This document shows, in pieces, positions 60,851-64,000 of a stretch of DNA of 64,000 nt (its first letter is position 1; each line of letters opens with the position of its first letter). Below the pieces are notes generated by a model, which did not search any database, was not told the DNA's origin, and saw only the letters and a program-made list of their open reading frames with translations. The DNA is taken from assembly GCA_039208735.1 (NCBI GenBank), contig JBCCQY010000016.1:24822-88821 (forward strand), in the 5' to 3' direction. The position numbers and the translations under genes are program-made. The DNA is from Myxococcota bacterium. Lineage in GTDB: Bacteria > Myxococcota_A > UBA796 > GCA-2862545.

Positions 60851-61695
60851 GACCCGTTCCCTCGTTGCCGACCGTGCTCGGCCGAATCATCCTCGCCGAA
60901 TTGAAGAAGCTCCTGGCGAGCCGCTTGGGGTGGGCAGGGCTCCTCTTTCTCTTCGTCGTATCGGCCATGGTCACCCTCGCCGTCGACCTCGTCAGCGTGA
61001 ACGTGTCCGAGCAAGCCGGGGGAGAGCCCTCGAGCCTTCCCGATGCCATCGCATGGACCCTTCGGATCCGGAACTTCTACCTGGCGCAGGTCTGGCTCCT
61101 GGTCTTGTCCGCGGTCTCGTTCGCAGGGGAGTTCAGCGGCCGCACCCTGCGCGAAGACGTGGCTCGCGCAGTTCCCCGATGGGCCCTGCTGTTCGCGAAG
61201 TGGGTGGGGCTGACCGCTTGGTCGGGCTTCGCCCTGTTCGGGCAAACCGTCGTGACGCTCCTCTTTGGGATCGGAGCGCTGTCCACCGGCAGCGGTGAGG
61301 GCTGGAGCGTTGCCGCTTCTGGACTGCTCGGCACCCTCCTCGCCGATGCAAGTTTCGTTGCCGTGGCCCTGCTGGTTGCGGTGCTGACCCGCCGGGTCGC
61401 ACCGGCCGTGGTCGCCACCGCCCTCTTCATCGGCATCGAACGGGCATTCGCGGCAAGCCTGTTCGTAGTCAAGAACCTCGACCAAGAGGTCATCGACCTG
61501 CTCGCTCCCGGCGTGCCCTTGGGTCAGATCGCAAACGCCATCCTGCCCTACTCACCCGCAAACGCCTGGGCGATCGGCACGTCGCTTGCGACCGGTACCG
61601 AAGTTCAGACCGTCACCTACGTCGCCCTCGCCAGCTGGACGATCCTCGCCGCAGGACTTGCCGCGCTGCGCTTCGAACGAGTGGACGTTCCGTAG
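60847..61695 (+). CDS. ABC-2 type transporter permease
   Basis: About six TM helices; AGEFSGRTLR, LFAK and FERVDV; GTGA overlap with the ATPase gene. Confidence 0.88.
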   Translation: MRPVPSLPTVLGRIILAELKKLLASRLGWAGLLFLFVVSAMVTLAVDLVSVNVSEQAGGEPSSLPDAIAWTLRIRNFYLAQVWLLVLSAVSFAGEFSGRTLREDVARAVPRWALLFAKWVGLTAWSGFALFGQTVVTLLFGIGALSTGSGEGWSVAASGLLGTLLADASFVAVALLVAVLTRRVAPAVVATALFIGIERAFAASLFVVKNLDQEVIDLLAPGVPLGQIANAILPYSPANAWAIGTSLATGTEVQTVTYVALASWTILAAGLAALRFERVDVP

Positions 61696-61697
61696 CG

Positions 61698-62018
61698 CTA
61701 TTTGGCGTAGCCATCCTGCAGTTCCACCAGCGGGCAGCTCGTCGGCGGGACCCCGGTGATGCAGGTTTCAAAGGCACAGCCGGTCCGGTCCCGGCAGAAT
61801 TGGGCAATGTCGTCGAGCGCTTCCTGCTGTTCATCGGTCAGCAGATCGAAGAGGTCCCGGCTCGTGGTTTCACACTCATCCTGGGACAGCCCTTCCACAG
61901 GTTCACCCAACTCTTCGCAACACGCGATGCTCTCCCGACAATCGATGCGGGCAGAATAGCCGTTGTTGCAGGCGGCGAGCAGCGCAAAGAAGCAGCCAGC
62001 GGACAACCAACGAGTCAT
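61698..62018 (-). CDS. Small Cys-rich lipoprotein, hypothetical
   Basis: Lipobox LLAAC; eight further Cys; acidic helical sequence. Confidence 0.7.
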   Translation of the reverse strand: MTRWLSAGCFFALLAACNNGYSARIDCRESIACCEELGEPVEGLSQDECETTSRDLFDLLTDEQQEALDDIAQFCRDRTGCAFETCITGVPPTSCPLVELQDGYAK

Positions 62019-62073
62019 GGAGAGGCTCCGGGCGCTGAGAGCCCGAGCCCCGCACCGCGTCGAAGCTATCACG

Positions 62074-62853
62074 TCATTCAAAGACCGCCGCGGTCTGTTC
62101 GGTGTAGGCCAAAAACGTGCCGTCGGGGCCCCACAGGCGGCCCACGACGGTCGACACCCCATGCTGAGCCGCCTCCGTTCGGTACGTGAACGCATGAAAG
62201 CCCGGCTGAGCCGGCGCAAGCAAGTGAGCGGTCCACGTCATGGACGAGGACCTGGCTGGACCCTTAAGAATCGACAGTGTCGGCGAAGGCCAGACGTCCA
62301 ATAGGGCCACGGTTCGCTCGAGACTCGCCGCTTGAGGATCGTCCCGGAACCGGCCGTAGCCCCCAAACGCCGCCGTCTCGACGCCTGCGAACGGAAAGCC
62401 TCCTTCCGCGAATCGCATCTCGACGTGTTGGACGAATTCGGGGACGGGGCCCCCTTCGACGTAGGGGATGGCCGGAAGATCATCAGGAGGGCCCCAGTTC
62501 GGGGCGGGCGGCCCCGCCACCGACGTTTGGTCGGGTCGCTCGATCACAAAGGTGAGGCCAAGGACTGCGGCTAAGCGATCGTCCTGAAGGAGACGCACTT
62601 CCATCATGGTCGTCGTTCGGCCTTCGCGGAGTACCTCGAGGTGGCCCTCCAAAGGGCCAGGGACGACCGGGGCGAGCAGTTGCGCGTGAAAGGTGCGCAG
62701 CAGGCGATCGGTCTGGGAGCGGGCGAGCGCGACACCTGCCGCGCCCACGAGGCCCCCGAACGTCGCCCGACCTTGGCCCCAGCCCAAGGGCACCTCAAAC
62801 GTCGCCCGCGTCTCCGAACTCGGTCGCCAACGGTCCACAAAGTCTTCGAACAC
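62074..62853 (-). CDS. TesB-like double-hotdog acyl-CoA thioesterase
   Basis: WGQGRATFGGLV, VLREGRT, LLDVWP and LWGPDG...EQTAAVF; GGAGG upstream of GTG 62853. Confidence 0.88.
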   Translation of the reverse strand: MFEDFVDRWRPSSETRATFEVPLGWGQGRATFGGLVGAAGVALARSQTDRLLRTFHAQLLAPVVPGPLEGHLEVLREGRTTTMMEVRLLQDDRLAAVLGLTFVIERPDQTSVAGPPAPNWGPPDDLPAIPYVEGGPVPEFVQHVEMRFAEGGFPFAGVETAAFGGYGRFRDDPQAASLERTVALLDVWPSPTLSILKGPARSSSMTWTAHLLAPAQPGFHAFTYRTEAAQHGVSTVVGRLWGPDGTFLAYTEQTAAVFE

Positions 62854-62866
62854 TCGGCCTCCGACA

Positions 62867-63310
62867 TCAACCTGCGGAATTGAACAACAAGTACAGGACC
62901 CCGAAGCCAAACAACAGGCTGAACGGCAAGGAAAGCGCAAGAGCCTGCATGGCGGCACGCGGACGTTCCCGACGCCACCACAACGCCAACACCCAGCCCA
63001 CCAACGGCGTCAACACGACGCTGGTGGACAATAGGGCCAGCCGTTGGCGGAACGTCATGCCCTCATCGGTGGCGAAGTGCGACCCCAACGCCCTCCGCGC
63101 CAACTCGAGCGACTCCCGGCTTGGCCGAATCGCTTCGCCGGCCTTGATGCGACGTTGCACCTCGTCGAGCTGGTCACTCGTGAGATGCCGGTCCGAAATT
63201 AGCCACGCCACGAGCTTCCCTTCACCCTCAGGGCGGTGGCCGCAGGAGGGGCACGTCTGGTCGAACGTGGCCCGATCACTTCCGCACTTCAGGCAGATGG
63301 CGCGCGTCAT
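62867..63310 (-). CDS. Zinc-ribbon membrane protein, hypothetical
   Basis: CLKC...CPSC at the N-terminus; two C-terminal TM helices. Confidence 0.75.
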   Translation of the reverse strand: MTRAICLKCGSDRATFDQTCPSCGHRPEGEGKLVAWLISDRHLTSDQLDEVQRRIKAGEAIRPSRESLELARRALGSHFATDEGMTFRQRLALLSTSVVLTPLVGWVLALWWRRERPRAAMQALALSLPFSLLFGFGVLYLLFNSAG

Positions 63311-63319
63311 GGAGGGGAC

Positions 63320-64000
63320 TTATCGTCCGGGCACCAGGAAGACCTGTTCGACGGGCGCGTCGTCGGCATCGGGAAGGCCTTCGAGAAACCCATCGTCGGT
63401 GGGAGACGTCTCGATTGCGACCAAGACATCCGGGCGATGGACAAACGCCGCGGTGACAAGCCGCGCCGCATCCACCGCGGACCGTCCAAGGTGATGGAAC
63501 CGGAGTGGAGCGTCTCCGAACACAAGTTCCAACCCCGCAGCGACGCGAGCGAAGCGAGGGGCGGGAAGCTCGTAAACCTCCTGAAGGGCGCTCATCGCGC
63601 GGCGAGCCCCCGTATCGGTGGGGTGCAGCGATGCGTCGAACAAGGTTTTCGTGACCTCGGCCACGTCGGTGCGCCCGGTTCGGACGAAGCGACGGGCCAC
63701 ATCACCGACGAGGCTAGGCAACCAGGTCGGCCGGTCCGCCCCCGCGACATCGAAGGGTCGATCCCCAAGACGAACGCCGAGCAAGCTCGGCGTCATCACC
63801 GACCGATCCCCGTTGAACAACCAACCGACCTTCAGTGCGAGCACCGGATCCTCACCCAGACCCGCGGCGACCCGAGGGTCGCGAACCGCCTCGGCACGCA
63901 GTCGTCCGAACAGGGGAGGGTCCAACGCCAAGAACACCTCGATCTTGACCGCGGGAGCCTCTGGTGCCACCGCCGCATCCACCGCACCGACCTGAAGGCC
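63320..64000 (-). CDS. Hypothetical protein (5' end beyond the window)
   Basis: Frame is open to the window edge; stop lies 9 nt before the next gene's start. Confidence 0.6.
   Translation of the reverse strand, partial: GLQVGAVDAAVAPEAPAVKIEVFLALDPPLFGRLRAEAVRDPRVAAGLGEDPVLALKVGWLFNGDRSVMTPSLLGVRLGDRPFDVAGADRPTWLPSLVGDVARRFVRTGRTDVAEVTKTLFDASLHPTDTGARRAMSALQEVYELPAPRFARVAAGLELVFGDAPLRFHHLGRSAVDAARLVTAAFVHRPDVLVAIETSPTDDGFLEGLPDADDAPVEQVFLVPGR

Overview
A GC-rich bacterial chromosomal segment, most consistent with Myxococcota: it has three Hanks-type Ser/Thr kinases, a MYXO-CTERM-like protease, many lipoproteins and sigma54-type promoters. It holds about 55 tightly packed CDS. Housekeeping genes include tamB plus an Omp85/POTRA gene, type-2 ileS, purM, purN, rel, glnII, ldh, recQ, a DHS-like gene, two aminotransferases and an ABC exporter. 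I found no rRNA, tRNA, CRISPR array or mobile element. The best candidate for an undescribed system is a four-lipoprotein operon at 14053-18251 (minus strand). It encodes a heme c-fused PHM/DBH-like copper monooxygenase, an MbnP-like WxW protein, an MbnH-like di-heme enzyme and a small His-motif lipoprotein. A perfect 27-bp palindrome overlaps its likely promoter, and a TetR gene lies at its far end. Other notable items are a 4-hydroxybenzoyl-CoA reductase-like Mo enzyme (HcrC-HcrA fusion plus HcrB) with no aromatic-degradation genes nearby, a lipoprotein fusing ExbD/AglS-like domains to a CHAT protease, a sigma54 promoter with tandem palindromes upstream of glnII, and a probable ATA start codon. 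All calls come from reading motifs by eye; no database searches were run.
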